Assembly (NCBI RefSeq): GCF_009914755.1
Contig: NC_060939.1
Length of the DNA stretch: 64,000 bases
Source of the DNA: the human T2T-CHM13v2.0 reference genome, Homo sapiens
Strand: one strand, 5' to 3'
Shown: in pieces, positions 13,265 through 29,649 of the stretch
How the letters are laid out: the number at the start of each line of letters is the position of its first letter
Position numbering within the stretch: the first letter of the stretch is position 1
Program-made: the position numbers and the translations under genes
The notes under the pieces: generated by a model
The model's database searches: none
The model's input: the letters and a program-made list of their open reading frames with translations, nothing else
Told to the model about the DNA's origin: nothing

Positions 13265-13599
13265 AAAAAAAAAAAAAAAAAAAAAGCAAAACAAACCCCA
13301 CCAACAATCCTTTACTCCCATAAATAAACCTCCTTTGTGGATGTAGAATCAGTGCTCGACAGCAATAGCTCACTCCAGATAACACTACTCATGTTCTGTT
13401 TTGAATAATTTTCTCTTGCTATTATTTCCTTCCAGATTGAAGCTTGAAGACAGTTTTTCTTTTTCACATAAACAGTGAGTTTATCATCTGGTCCCATCTC
13501 ATTCTTCTGAATGTGCATAGACAAAGGTGTCTAAAAAGGTAGAATGCTGAATACTTTCTCAACTGGCAAGCTGAGAGAAAGGGAAACAGGCAGAAAGGG

Positions 13600-13999
13600 A
13601 GACAGGGCAAAGCGGAAGGGCTCATGCTACACAGATGAGCACATTTATGCCCCATATTTCCCAACCTCTTCAGGGAAGGTTGAAGTATGAGATTCTTGCC
13701 AATAGTGAGTAAAAATAACAGTTTCACTTTCAGTTGGAGGTTTATAAGCAAGGGTGTGAGTTCTCCATACCCATCCTTCTCCCACCACAGAGGCCTTGAA
13801 AGATGTGTGTCCCAGAAGCTATATAACCAGGTATAAGCCACATGAGTCCCTCAATCCTCCTGGAGAAGTGTTCCACCCTGGAGAGCTGCTTCTCTTCCAG
13901 AGGACTTTGAACAAGAAAGAAACTATCTTTCATGTGATAGGCCACTGAGAGCTGGAAGTTTATTACCACAGTACAGCCTTTCCTATTCTGATTAATACA
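13600..13999 (+). mobile_element. MaLR LTR (MLT1G/H-like)
   Basis: 3' end 'ggccactgagagctggaagtttattaccacagtacagcctttcctattctgattaataca' is a typical MLT1 terminus. 5' boundary uncertain. Confidence 0.65.
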
Positions 14000-15320
<1,321 letters not shown>

Positions 15321-15329
15321 TTACTATAG

Positions 15330-15975
15330 TATATTAAGGGCTTACTAAGTCCCAGGACCTGGACTAACTGTATGTATTTATCCTCATTTTATCCCTGTGA
15401 GATAAGCATAATTATTCTCATTTTAGAGGTGGACAAAATGAAGGCTTAGAGGAGTTAATTTCCTGAAGACCTGTTAACTATGAAGCAGCAGACCTAAGAT
15501 TCCAATCTTATTGAAGAGAAACAGCACCAGTCATGTATTAAAGGAGGCAAGACAGATTTTATCCAGACTACTGCAACAGGAGACAGAAACTCCAGTATAA
15601 GCTGAGTTCAATGTCAACTAAGATAAAGATGACTAAGGTTATTAAAGGGAAAACAAAAAGAAAACAAAAAAAGGTTATGAGGAAATTTTAAAAAGAGGAA
15701 AAAAAAGAGACTGGGAGCCAGGTGTGGGGGGGAATGGAAAATGATAGAAGATGTGCTTTGCATGGTTTGGCAGCATATATTTCCATGAGCAAAGACTCAG
15801 CATGGGGTTGGGAATCCCTGTTATGGACATAGCCTAGTGCAGGTGGAAGCCAAGTTAAATTTGGTCCAGTCTCTCAGAACAGTGTTAGGGCAAGACCTTT
15901 GTGCCATGTGGGAGTGCACAGTTTACACTCTCGCCTGGATGACTTCAAAAACCATGCTTTTAACCTTAATTACAT
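15330..15975 (-). mobile_element. MIR split by an LTR-like insertion (MIR parts ~15330-15508 and ~15928-15975)
   Basis: 'attattctcattttagaggtggacaaaatgaaggcttagaggagttaa' on the left. MIR resumes with 'tgacttcaaaaaccatgcttttaacc' on the right. Confidence 0.6.
15509..15927 (-). mobile_element. Probable ERV-class solo LTR (family not resolved)
   Basis: 'cagattttatccagactactgcaacaggagacagaaactccagtataagctgagttcaat' resembles the reverse of an ERV LTR polyA-signal region. The ~420-bp block interrupts a MIR and ends in 'aca'. Confidence 0.5.
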
Positions 15976-18834
15976 ACCATCTGTGGACAAATGGATAGTT
16001 GCCAAACAATTTGAAAAATGATGCAGTGCTACAGTAAGGTAATACTGGATTGCCGGAGAGCATCGGAGGGTGAGGCATGGAAGTAGAATCTAAAAAAATG
16101 CATAGTTGGTGTCAAATGGTTTAATATGTGGCTCGAGATGAGTTTGGCATGATAAGCAGAAATTAGAGCTCAAAGGTACTTGAAAGTCAGGCCACAACAT
16201 TTGAGTTTTCTCCTCAAGATCATGGAAACTGCTGTTCTCTAAAATGAATGAAGATTAATTAATTACATCAGCCAAAATTAGGTACCATGTTGATCTAAAA
16301 TTGCCATCCCAAAGTAGAAGTTGCCACTGACCAGAGGCCATAAAGAACTCAAGCCACTGTAGGAATCTTAGATAACTGTAGAGGTTAATGGAAAAGGCAG
16401 AATTCTGTTCAGAGTGATTTCAGCACACCCCAAACGATTGGCCCGTGAATCTCACGTATACATTTTTAGGCTGGAAAGTGATTTTCTTTTTAGACCCATT
16501 CGTCACACCAATTAATCAAGTCAAAGAATATGATATTGATCATTATTGGTCCCTTTGTCTCAAATCCAGAGGTTGGCTCTCATTTTATTCCTCAGGCCAC
16601 CCATCAAGCCAGAGAGGAAGCAGGAATCATAACGCTCAGGATCTCCTGATGCTAACCTCTATCCTGAGACCACCAGGCTAGGCTGCCTCACCCTGAAAGA
16701 GCTATTTTATCCAGAGAAGGCCAAGCCTCAAAAAATTCTATGCTGGTCTGTTTTCTATGGAAGTTCCCAACATTGTGGATGCTTATCTGAATGCTATCTG
16801 AACTATTCACATCTCCAGGGAGAGCATAATTGGACTGGAAATTTCCTAAAAACAAACTTTCTTGTAAACGTTTCAGGCTGTCCTGGGTTGGGTCAGGCCA
16901 GAAATATCCCTTCTCTAGCCCTATGGCCTGAATTCTGCATCCTCTGAAGATGAGGACAGTTGAGACAGAAGAAGTAAGGCCCTGGTGAAAAATGACAGGG
17001 TGGCCTCAAGTCCCCCAACACTCCCACAACATTTTGATAGTGAGTCCTATCAAGATCTGGAAGTTTTCTCATCATCTGAAACAGAAGTCCCAGGTCCTTT
17101 GGGCACATCTCCAGGTGGCCTCATTAATGGTAAATTAAATAAAAACATTTTCTTACTTTTCCCCACAGAAAGTAATGATATTTTAATAATGCTATGCCAT
17201 TACTTTCTTGGGATAACAACAGTGAGGAGAATAGCGAGGAACATCAGGCCTGGAAAATTGCCCAGAATATAGCATTAGGTGGTTAAGCCACAGAAGAACC
17301 GAAGAAGGAAAAACAAGGCAAAGAAATACTTCAAACACCAAGACAGGAGCTGAAGAACAGCTATGCATATGTCACAATGTTAAGTCATTATTTCTTAACA
17401 TTGGCTACTTGATGAATGATTGCTGTTTGGCCATTACAAACACCCGCCTAAGATACCTTCACTTGACTTTTTTTTTTCTTTTTCTTATTTGGATTTAACT
17501 ACAGACAAACAGAAATGGCTTCTCAGGGAGCCATTCTCCTCTTAAAATGTAGATGTCAATTTTTGTTTTATACAAGGTTTATTGATCACTTTCTAAACAC
17601 AGATAATTCAGAGAAAACTGGGTCAGCCTCATTTCACTAATAGTTGGTGTTTTCTTTGCGGTGGTGGCATGCAGCTGGAAAGTGTATGGAGGTATGAAGT
17701 TTCACATTATTGCATCTGACTGTTGAGTGAAGTCTGCTGGGAGTGTTGGTGATTTGTGACAAGCTAAGGAATTCCTTTCTCAGCCTGCAGTAAGCGTGAA
17801 GCACATTATTTAAAACCAACCCAGATCATTGATATATTGTCATCTTATGCTTTTAAGAGGGTCCTTTCCCCCAGAACATATAATTTTCTGTATGGCCTTT
17901 AGCTTTTCTGTTTCAAATCTTACTCTTTGGTGTTATGTTGCTGTTATCAAGATAAAGGGCCTATTTAAAATAGCTATCTAGTTAATAATTTGATTATAGG
18001 TGACTTTTTCCTTTCTGTTGTTGTCTAATTTATTTCAACAAGCATTTACTTAACTTTAATAATGAAAGTAACAAGTATATAAGTATTATAAATGACTCTT
18101 TCATCTCTTTTGCCTTGTCTTATAGGTGAAGACTTCTAAAAATTTAGCTCACACTGATTCTATTCTTCTTTGAACTGCTACAGTCCTTATTTGTGTTTTT
18201 TCATTTTAGCTATTTTGTATACTAGCTGTTAGTTGCCAGTGACGCCCCCTGAGTGAGTAATCATGCTTTCAAGTGTTCCTGGCCTTGTACAGTAAGTAGC
18301 CTCCTGCACCAAATGGAAGCTGAGCCTTCAATTAGTGTTAATCAGTGGTGAGAGGCGCTTAACCAGTCTTGAGTCAGTGGACAAGGCCAGGCAGATTTGG
18401 CTGCTGCACTTTTGGGGGACTTGAGAATTGAAATCTGGCTATGCTGTGGCTATTTTAAAATACTAAGTTTTGAGATTACTGCTCATGTAGCAATGGATGC
18501 ATTCATAGATGCCAAACTTTCATTTCCTTATGTTTTGTCTGAATGTCAGTGACTTTTTTGTCTGTTTCTGTATGTTAGTACGCAGCTGAGTACCACACAC
18601 ATAATAAGTTGCAAATAAGTATCAAAAGAACAGATGAACTAATGAGCGTATAAATGATTGAATACTATTAGAAACAGAAGGCAATCACAGAGTGACAGGG
18701 GGTTTTATTTGAAATATCTAAACACATCATTCAAGTTCAAATCTTACTGTGTCATTGTGAATCCAATCCAATAAGAATAATGTAACTTTTACCTACAAAG
18801 TATCAGTCTCAACTCCTATTATTCGCACTATGGT

Positions 18835-18978
18835 AGGGGATTCAAAGCTTCCGCATCATCTGGGACCTGAGGAAAAATGCAGAATCTCAGGCCCCACCCC
18901 AGATCTCCTGAATCAGAATCTGCATTTTAGTAAGACCCCAGGTAACCTGTGTGCTCGTTAAAGTTTGAGAAGTGGGCC
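18835..18978. mobile_element. MER5A (hAT-Charlie)
   Basis: 'aaatgcagaatctcaggccccaccccagatctcctgaatcagaatctgcatttt...ccccaggt...taaagtttgagaag'. Confidence 0.85.
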
Positions 18979-21900
18979 TCTAAGGCACCTACTTTTCTGT
19001 GTTATTTGTGAGTCTATCAAATGAACATGCTGAATAAATGCTTAAAAACGTATGACAATAAATAGGATTCTTTGAGGAAGATATCATTTGTGATTGACTG
19101 TGTTTCACAAGCAAGTGCATTCTGATGTCAACAACATCCACATTCTCTAAAGGCTCCCAGCGCAGCCACAGTGTCACCCAGCTGTGACAGCCTGAGTGAT
19201 TTCAAACACTACTGATTGACATCTTAAACGTTGCCTGGAAATGCCGCGCTCTGCAAAATCCTTCATCACAAGAACACATCTGCCTTAAAGTCGGCTGTCC
19301 AAATGGAGGGGCATTTCCTCCAGAAAGCAAAACCCCAGGCTTTCATCTCTTCAAAGCAAATCCTCGTTTTTGGTACAAAGAGGAGTTTTCCCACCTCTTT
19401 CCAGTCACTTGAGTGCCCCTCCTGGGTGAGCACCAGCCCTTTGCTTTGGGCCCTGACCTAAGAACAGTTCCACCATGCAGATGATAAATCTCAGAGCTAC
19501 CAAGCAGTTGCCATATTTCCCGGGATCATGTTATGTGAATGGCTGACGGGAAAAACCCAGGGGTATCGCGTTACAGGAAAGAGCTGCGATTTATTTATTT
19601 ATTTTCTTCCTTCTGTAACTAATTCCAAAAACAGACCCCTGCTTGGGAGCCGGAGTACAAGAGAACAAGATAAATTCTGCAAAATTCTAATTGGGGAACA
19701 GTTGACTTAATTGGTGTCCGTTTGGCAGACAATGGGAAAAGCTCCCCAGCTGGGCTGGGAAAGGACTCTGGGGGAATATAGCCTTGCAAGAAGCCTCAAA
19801 GCTCTGGGGACCGATTGTTTCCTGAGGTGAAACCTGGAGACCAGAGCTTGGATTAACTCTACAACTGTCAAGCTCCATTAGGGGCAATCAGAGGAGACAG
19901 AGCATGGGTTAAACACAGGAAACGGAGCTGACAATAGAGGCATATGTCTCTAAGAGCAGGGAAGGGAGGCAGGCATATCTACGTCTAATAACAAACATAA
20001 ACATTTTTCTTTCAGGTTCAGATGTAGCACTGATGGGTCAAAGATATTCCTCAGTATGGGGTGTTAAATGTCAAATATTCGGAACCTAAGCAGTTCAGTT
20101 GCACGTGCTTATTTTGTGCAATCTGATGGTGGTGAAGGCCTTTCCCCAGCATCTCAAGTCTTTGGAGAATTAGAGCGGGTTGCTGAGTGTTAAGAGCTGA
20201 GGGTTGGCTGGAGGAGGACACAGGAGGACCCCAGGTTCCACTCCCTGCATTGTCTTTACCCTTCTGTCTTCCACTGGATGACTTTTCTGAGTATTCTAAT
20301 CCTGGTTTGGTCATTTTAAAAATCGGGGGACTATTATCAATCATTTCTGAGGACCCTTCCACCAGTAATATTTCATTAACTTATATATTGCTTGATTTCA
20401 AGAAACACAGAATCATTTTCTCTTTGTGTGTGCGGGGATGTGGTTATGTAACAAGCATGTACCATGTGTCTTTTAATATATTGCATATTGATACTATAAC
20501 CCAAAAGCTTGTGTATTGTTATTCTGTAATATTTTTAAGTATTACAAATATTGTAATACATCACAAAAAACACAAAATACGTCATAGCAATGTATATATT
20601 ATGTAAATACTTAAAATATTGTTACTAAGAGTTAAAATCACGTTAAATGCTAGCATAAAGAGGGCATCTATAGAACAATTAGGTCAAAATTCAAACAACC
20701 CTCATCTATAAAGGATCTGAATGTACTTAGCTTCTGTGCTTATGAAAGTTGTACTTTTTATAACTTTACACAAATGATTCATCTCCTCCAAAGACAGGAG
20801 ACCTAAACTCATCTTTTTACAAGGAATCCTCCTAATTGGCCATGCACTCCTCAAGAGCAAGAACTGTGCAGAATTCTCATTGTATGGCCAGGATGCAGGG
20901 TGTGAACAGAGCCAGGCCAGATATGTGCACATCGGTTCAAGACGGCAGAGGCAACACCTTGGTTCATGAGACAACACAGAAACTTTTCACTTGATCTTTA
21001 AAGCACTCGAAGAACAAACTCCAGAGTGAATACATGGTCTGACAGGTGAAAGCAAGAAGGTGGGAGCTGAATTTTACCGGAAGGTGAATGTATAATCACT
21101 GAATGCAATTGACCATTGCAACCCAGAACAACATAGAATGGAAGGAAACAACACCATTTTTTTCAGAATTGTCCAAAATTCATGCATTAAATTAAACATC
21201 TTTGCTCCACCTCTAGAAGAATAGAACACATGATAGAAAGTCATTTGACTGTCCTGCACTCAAGGCATCCACCCACATATATTTGAAGTCCCAGAGAGAG
21301 CAAGGGAAGAATTCTCTTCCTTTTTTTCTCATGGGCATTTCCTGAATGTTGGAAATGAAGTTGGGAGCTTTAGACAGAAGACACAATGCTAGTCTGCAAC
21401 AACCTTGACCTTTAAAATGGAAGGTTGGCAAAATCCATTTTGATCTCAGTTCACCTGTCTGCCTTCCCTCCTCTTCTGAAATGTCAATCTTATGGAAGAA
21501 TTTGGTTTTGAGAGATATGAAAAATCTTTATAGGCAAAATGGATATTTAAATGCAAGACTTTTTTCCTCTCTCCTATTAGATTGACCAGCAAAAGAGAGC
21601 TGTGAGATTGTTTTGTTTTTATTTTTCTTTTTATCCTGAAAGTCTAACTTTGAATTAAGGAAAGTACCTTCACTGTCCCATGAGGAGTAATTAATTCAAA
21701 AGAGGCTTTTCTTATTTGGGTCAAGATATTTTTAAAACAGGTGAGCTGTTACTGGTGATGATATGAGATGAAGAAAAAGGAAGAAAACCTTTGTGACTGA
21801 AGATGGATTAAACTGACATATAAAATCAACGGCAAAGTGAAAGTATAGCGTTCTATGGTCCAATTAAGTCTTGATTATGCAATAGAATCATCTGAATTTT

Positions 21901-22919
21901 CCTCCTAATATTGGAAGGAAAGGCTGATTTCTTGTTCTCTCCAGTTCAAGCACTTTTTTCTTTCCATTTTTTATTTTGATTTTGCATTCTAAGTACAGCA
22001 TTCTGTCTCGCTCCTCCTATTCAACAGCTACTTCTATTTATCTTTCATTCTCCCTGTCCTGTGTACCTGTTGTGCACCTTTATCTTTGTCCTTTGCATCT
22101 CTTAGACCAGGCCCATGCCAGCCCCAGGGTTTGTCAATTTTATGATTCATAGCTATATTTTTCCCAGCCTCCTACAAAGAAGGTCTTGGAGTAATTTAAA
22201 AACAGATATTTCCATTGGCAAGCTGGATTGGGGAAAAAAAATCCCTTATTGACTGATCTTATCTCGTATAATGTAATCTAATAATAAACCTGTTCTCAGA
22301 GGAAATATTCAATAGATATTATACTGTTAAAGCAGATTTTAGACAGTGTGCTCAAACCCATTAAATACAACAGAGCTGTCCAGTTGGTTTCTATTTATCA
22401 AACTGCTTAAAAAGAAAAGTTGTGATCATATTTTTCTCAAAGTCTAAGGAAGTCCCCCCGTATGTTAACAGTCCACAAGTCTGTAATCCTAGGACATGCC
22501 TTATCTTTACACACACCTTTAGACCATAATTAAATGGCCACTCATACAGAAAGTTCTTGGCAGTTGTTCCGGTAGTTAAATGCAGAATAGCAACCCAATT
22601 TATGTATAGCAAATGGGTAAGAGCAGCTTCCTTCATCTGCCAGTACGTTCTTTCATCAACACCATTTTCTGAGTGCTTAACATTTTGAAAAGCACTATGC
22701 GGCATGATTTCCTTCAACCATGCCACCCTATGAACTGGCACCATGGTTACCTCCATGTTACTGGGAATAAGAGAAAGGAAAGCATGTAGTTGGTGCAGTT
22801 ACATGGTTGATAGGTAACAAGACTCAGATTAGGTTTTATGCATTCAAGCTCCATAGCTTATGCTCTTAACATCACACTATACTGGCAAGAATCTTAGACC
22901 TTCAGTCTTTCATTAAATT

Positions 22920-24176
22920 CTTTTTTTTTTTGGTTGCTTTTTAAAATTTTTAAAATTTCTTATTTTATGGGTACATAGCAGGTGTATATCTTTATGGGAT
23001 ACATAAGATATTTTGATACAGGTATACAATGTGTAATAATCACATCGGAGTACATGGGGTATCAAGCATTTATCATTTCTTTGTGTTACAAACAATCCAA
23101 TTATACTCTTTCTGTTATTTTAAAATGTTCACTAAATTATTTTTGACTGTAGTCACTCTGTTGTACTATCAAATACTACATCTCATTCTAACTATATTTT
23201 TGTACCCATTAACCATCCCTACTTTCCCTTCCCCTCCCCACTACTTTTCTCAGCCTCTAGTAACCATCATTCTACTCTCTAGCTTCATAAGTTCAATTGT
23301 TTTAATTTTTAGCTCTCACAAATGAGTGAGACATGTAAAGATTATCTTTGTGTTTTCGCTTAACATAATGGCCTCCACTTCCATTCATGTTGTTGCAAAT
23401 GACAGGATCTCATTCTTTTTCATGGCTGAATAGTACTCCATTGTGTATATGTACCACATCTTCTTTATTGATTTATCTGTTGATGGACACTTAAATTGAT
23501 TTCAAAGCTTGACTACTGTGAATAGTGCTGCAATAAACATAGGAGTGCAGATATCTCTTCAATATACTGATTTTCATTCTTTGGGGTATATATCTAACAG
23601 TGGGATTGCTGGATCATATGGTAGTTTTACTTTTAGTTTTTTGAGAAACCTTCATACTGTTATCCATAGTGGTTGTACTAATAATTTACATTCCCCCAAC
23701 AGTGTACAAAGGTCTCATTTTATCCACATCTTCACTAACATATGTTATTGACTGTCTTTTGGATAAAAGCCATTTTAATTGGAGTAGGATGATTTCTAAT
23801 TGTAGTTTCGATCCACATTTCTCTGATGAACAATGATGTTGAGCACCTTTTCATATACCTGTTTGCCATTTGCATGTTTTCTTTTAAGAAATGTATCTTC
23901 AGATATTTGCCCATATTTTAATCAAATTATTAGATTTGTTTTCCTGTTGTGTTGTTTGATCTTCTTATATATTCTGGATATTAATCCCTTAACAAATGGA
24001 TAGTTTGCAGATATTTTCTCCTATTCAGTGGGTTTTCTCTTCAGTTTTTTTTTTTAATATAATTTCCTTGGCTATAGACCAGTTTTCAACTTGACATGAT
24101 CCCGTTTGTCCATTTTTGTTTCGGTTGGCTATGTTTTTGGGGTATTACTCAAGAAATCTTTGCACAAATCAATGTT
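22920..24176 (-). mobile_element. L1MA2/L1MA3-like, 5'-truncated
   Basis: Reverse 3'UTR 'atgggtacatagcaggtgtatat...ttttgatacagg...caagcatttatcatttctttgtgttacaaacaatccaattatac' continues into ORF2 end ('ggctgaatagtactccattgtgtatatgtaccac', 'gatgttgagcacctttt', 'aagaaatctttgc'). Confidence 0.93.
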
Positions 24177-24194
24177 TAAATACTTGAATGTCTT

Positions 24195-24337
24195 GGAAGT
24201 CTCTACCAAAAACTGCTAATGATGCTGCCTCCAATGAATAGAGAACTAGGAAGAGAGAGAGGCTTAAGTTTCACCATGTACCCTGTGGGAAAATTTGCAT
24301 TTTTTATTATATGCATGTATTACCCATTCAAAAATAC
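24195..24337 (+). mobile_element. L1ME4-like 3' terminal fragment
   Basis: 'accaaaaactgctaatgatgctgcctc...tttcaccatgtaccct...atgcatgtattacccattcaaaaat'. Confidence 0.55.
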
Positions 24338-24481
24338 GGTAGTTTTTTTGCATAGCTTTTAATATTTTGCATAGCTTTTAAAACTTTTCTTGCTTTGCCT
24401 CTATCCTAACTTGTTCTTACTAGCAAATATATCAGTGAAGACTTTACCAGAGCATACATTTCTTCAACTGAAAATTAGCTA

Positions 24482-24927
24482 CTTTTTATTGTGATAAAAT
24501 ATATAACACAAATGTTATCATTTTAATCCTTTTTAAGTGTACTGTTCTATGGCATTAAGTATGTTAACATTGTTGTGCAGTCATCATTTGCATCTACCTC
24601 CCAAAATGTTTCATGTTCCCCAACTGAAGCTCTGCACTCATTAAATGACAATTCCACATTCTCCCCACGCCCCAGCTCTAGGCAATCACCACCACTCTAC
24701 TTTCTGTCTCTACGAATCTGACCACTCCAGGTATCTTATATGAGTAGAATCATATAGCATTTGTCCTTTTGTGTCTGGCTTATTTCATTTAGCATCATGT
24801 CTTCCAGTTTCATCCACGTCGTAGCCCGTGTCATAATTCCTTTCCTTTTCAGGGTTGAATAGCCTTCCATTCTATGTATATGCCACATTTTGTTTATCCA
24901 TTTATCCATCAGTGAACACTTGTGTTG
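24482..24927 (-). mobile_element. L1MB (L1MB3/4-like) 3' end
   Basis: 'tttttattgtgataaaat...tttaagtgtac...ggcattaagta...cccagctctaggcaatcacc...ctactttctgtctct...tgtctggcttatttcatttagcat'. Confidence 0.9.
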
Positions 24928-25914
24928 AGCATCTGTTTTACCACAGAGCGTCTTTTTGATTAACTACGTTTCTAGGTGGAACCCTTTTAAAAAGTTGGAA
25001 GGTTATGAGAGCCAGATAGGTGTCAATGTTGTGCCGGTATGATTCTTTCCTAGCCACATCTAAAACATCAATTAGCATTTGTGAGTGAACACCCTGAGAA
25101 TGATTATTCTTAATGTTGTTCATAATTAACATATCATCAAATTAAGAAAACCTTTCTGAATGTGAACACTAACTACAATAGTTAAAAACATTAGCTTAAA
25201 ATATTTAACACAAAGTAAGAAATATAATTGAAACAGTGCTTTAAACTCACAATTTAGATATCTTATGGGCCTTGTAAGCAGAAGTATCTTAACCTGTGAA
25301 ATATTTAAGTACCAATCTTAATAAGTTAGCAAGAGTTTAATGTGAAAAAGCAGCTCTTCCAGCATAAACATATTTTTATTATATTGTACTTGTAAATTGC
25401 CAAAATTCAGTTACGGCATTTTATAAATGTACTGCCCATATAAAAATTATGCCATTAATTTAAATGAAGCTCCTTTTGGAAACTTACTTTCTTCATTACC
25501 ATAATTATTATCACGATTATACATATTTTACCTGGAAAAATTCTGACATGTTTAACCTCTTTGGGTCAAAAAATTTAAATAGAATATGTCTTGATATTTT
25601 AAAAATATGTATTTGGAGACTGAATAACTAAATTACAGAGCCATTGGACATCAGAAAGAATCCAGCCTTTGGCCAGACATGCTGTTGGATATGAAACAAA
25701 CGAGGAATTCTTTAGCTATTTTGTTTGTCCACCAATTTCTATTAATCATTTCAGTCTGTATTTATCACTCCTTGTTTTAATAATTAGTTATATGTCATAT
25801 ACGTGTCGTTTCATACATGTAGCTTCTTGAATAGGAGCTCTGTTGGCTAATTTTACATTTTTAAATTGCTGCACGTGTGAAATGAAATCAGCTTTAAGTG
25901 AAATCTTGGTATAG

Positions 25915-26145
25915 GAGAAAAAGCACAAGCTCTTGAATCAGAGAAATTGGTATTTCAAGCACAGCTCTAATACTGATCAGCTATGTGCTTGGAAAATCAC
26001 ATAAGCTCTGATTCTCTGTAAGCTGGGAATAAAATCAGAAAAAGTAAAATGGTCCACACAGAATGGTTGTAAAATGAGATGAGGCATGCAATGTGCCTAG
26101 CACCCAGTGAAGCTAAGAACACAGTAGGCATTCAATAAATGTTGC
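25915..26145 (+). mobile_element. MIR
   Basis: 'aaagcacaagctcttgaatcagaga...cagctatgtg...ctgtaagctgggaataa...atgagatgaggcatgcaatgtgcctagcac'. Confidence 0.65.
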
Positions 26146-27059
26146 TTCTCTTCACTTGCTTATTGTTATTTTCATGTAATTTTATAGTAGATCCCCTTAA
26201 AGAGTTACTTTTATTAAAGTCCAGGATATTTAAAGGCCCAGAAGTGCCCCTTGTTTCAGCAAATTCAGTTCTTTGCAATGGAAGTTTCTGAAATTTTCTA
26301 CATTGATTTATAACCTTAGAGGGAAAAAAAAAATCTTAATTCTCCATGGTTTCTGATCACTTAGGCTTTTCTGGACTGGGGTAACACAGCATGCCACATG
26401 TTTTCCTAACAAATTGCATTCGGACACTTTCCGACACTTTCATTATTTTAACTCAGGTAATAATTAGTCACTGTCAGAGGAAGGACTTAGGTTGTGCAAA
26501 TCAGAATAAATTTACCTTGCCGTAGCAGCAGTCACAAATGAAGCAATAAATTAGAAATAGCAAATTGTTACGGACTTAAGAGATCACAAATCAAAATTGC
26601 TCCCTGAAATCCAGGAAAAGGTAGAAGACTGCCAAGATTTCTTTGAGAGCTTAATTTGTCCAGATAAACTTTTGAGTTGGATCAGTTTGTGACAAATCGC
26701 AGAGAGGTTTCCGACACTGATCACAGAGACAACATCCTGGGATTCCACCACGTCACAGAAGCTATATTATAATGTTGCTAATTAAAGAAATAAAGACTTT
26801 AAACACATTTTATAATATTAGGAAATTATTAATCTTTATATAAACATATATGTGTGTGTATATATATATAAATATATGCACACACATACATACACACACA
26901 GCCCTATACACACGTGCAAACACTAACACACACACAGACTTACAGAAAAATTAAGAACTCTTCTTAAAAGTCCCTTTGAGGATACATAGCCTTTTCTGGT
27001 TTACCCGTGATCAAAATGACAAAATTTGAGATCATGAGAGAGTTCTGGACTTAGCAGAA

Positions 27060-28170
<1,111 letters not shown>

Positions 28171-28758
28171 ACTAAAGCCAAAGGTTATATTTCTGGTTAA
28201 AATGGCCACTTGATATAGAACACCTAATTATTTCCCAGGCCTACTGCCCACTAAGATTATTAGTAAAATTATCCAAAGTTTTTTCTAACTAGGGAAAAAC
28301 CTTCATCATCCATGGAAACAGAGGCAGCCATAACAGAAATTTTGAGGAATTCCTGTTATACAAGTTGACACACGTATGAAAACATACTAAAGGAGGACGT
28401 TGAGAGTCAACTCATGGTTCTTCCTTCTCAGCATCATCATGAGTAAATAGATAAGCCTGCAGATAATCCCACTCACACTTCTTTGTAGGAGACAGGCTAA
28501 AAGAACTATCAGAAGCTTGGGTGAACCCAGGAATCCACTCAGTGCTGCTGCTGTTGTGAGAGTGTCTAGATAGCTGCATAGGGAAAGCTGGCAGGGTCTG
28601 CAGCTGGCAATCTGATGTGATAGATGGCTCCTTCCTGGTGCAATGGGAAGCAGCATCAGGGAGAAAGTTCCCATATGCACATTGCATAGCTGGCACAGAG
28701 GGTAAGTTTATAGGAAAGGTAGACACGGTTTTCTGTTCCCCAGCTGCTGTTTAACCAA

Positions 28759-29064
28759 TCTTGAGCCCATTTGGGCTGATACAACAAAACACCACAAACC
28801 AGGTAACTTATAAATAACGGAAGTGTATTTTTCACAGTTCTGGAGGTGGGGAATTCCAAGATCAAGTCACCAGCAGATTTGGTGACTTGTGAGAATCCTC
28901 ATCCTGATTTATAGATGACTCTCTTCTCACTCAACCCTCACACGGCTCCACCCTAATGAACAAATCACTTCCCAAAGCCTCACCATCCCCTCAATATCAT
29001 TGCCATGGGCATTAGGATTCCAACATATGAATTTTGGGGAGACACAAACATTCAGACTATAGCA
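28759..29064 (-). mobile_element. MaLR solo LTR (MLT1A/MSTD-like)
   Basis: 'tcacagttctggaggtggggaattccaagatcaag...ggctccaccctaatga...caacatatgaattttggggagacacaaacattcagactatagca'. Confidence 0.85.
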
Positions 29065-29649
29065 TTATCAAATAAAACCTTCCAGAATTTCCCAGAGTTC
29101 TGACTCTTAGCATATTGCTCCCAGATTTTTGGATCAGGGAGCAGGTAATGCAAAGTAACTTTAACCTGCCCACTGGTCTACAATCTGAGAGGTTAATTCT
29201 AGATGAAAGTGGCTGGACATTATGAAATGAAAGGAGAACTCACCCGCCAGATTCATGGCTGATGTGGGCTTCTCATTGTAAGTTACTAAATTAAAACTAC
29301 ATTGTTTTTTAATTAGTAAAACATGACCGTTGAGAGATTCAGTAAGATATGAGAAGGGAAACAAAGCACTCACAGGGAGTATTAAAATAATATTTTAGGG
29401 GAAAAGTTATTATAAGAAAAACAATTTTATATAATATACATTTTATTTTTTTAAAAAAAAAGAAAACAGAGCTATGAAATCGAAGGCTATAAAGAAAACA
29501 AACTGCCCAGAAAAGTAAGCTGGCTAAAAAAAAAAAAAAAAAAAAAAAAAAAGCAGACATAAAATGACAGAGACTCTAAGGGGACAAAAAAATGCAATAT
29601 AAATACAAAAATTTTCACCAGATCAATTAAAGTGAAACATTCATCACCA

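Noticed and set aside
24346-24382. Short tandem duplications (24346-24382, 26424-26441, 37549-37573)
   Set aside because: Ordinary slippage duplications of 10-19 bp with no functional signature.
29526-29552. Isolated poly(A) tracts (also 4396-4413, 13265-13285, 53768-53783) as processed-pseudogene tails
   Set aside because: No upstream mRNA-like or ORF homology and no clear TSDs were seen.
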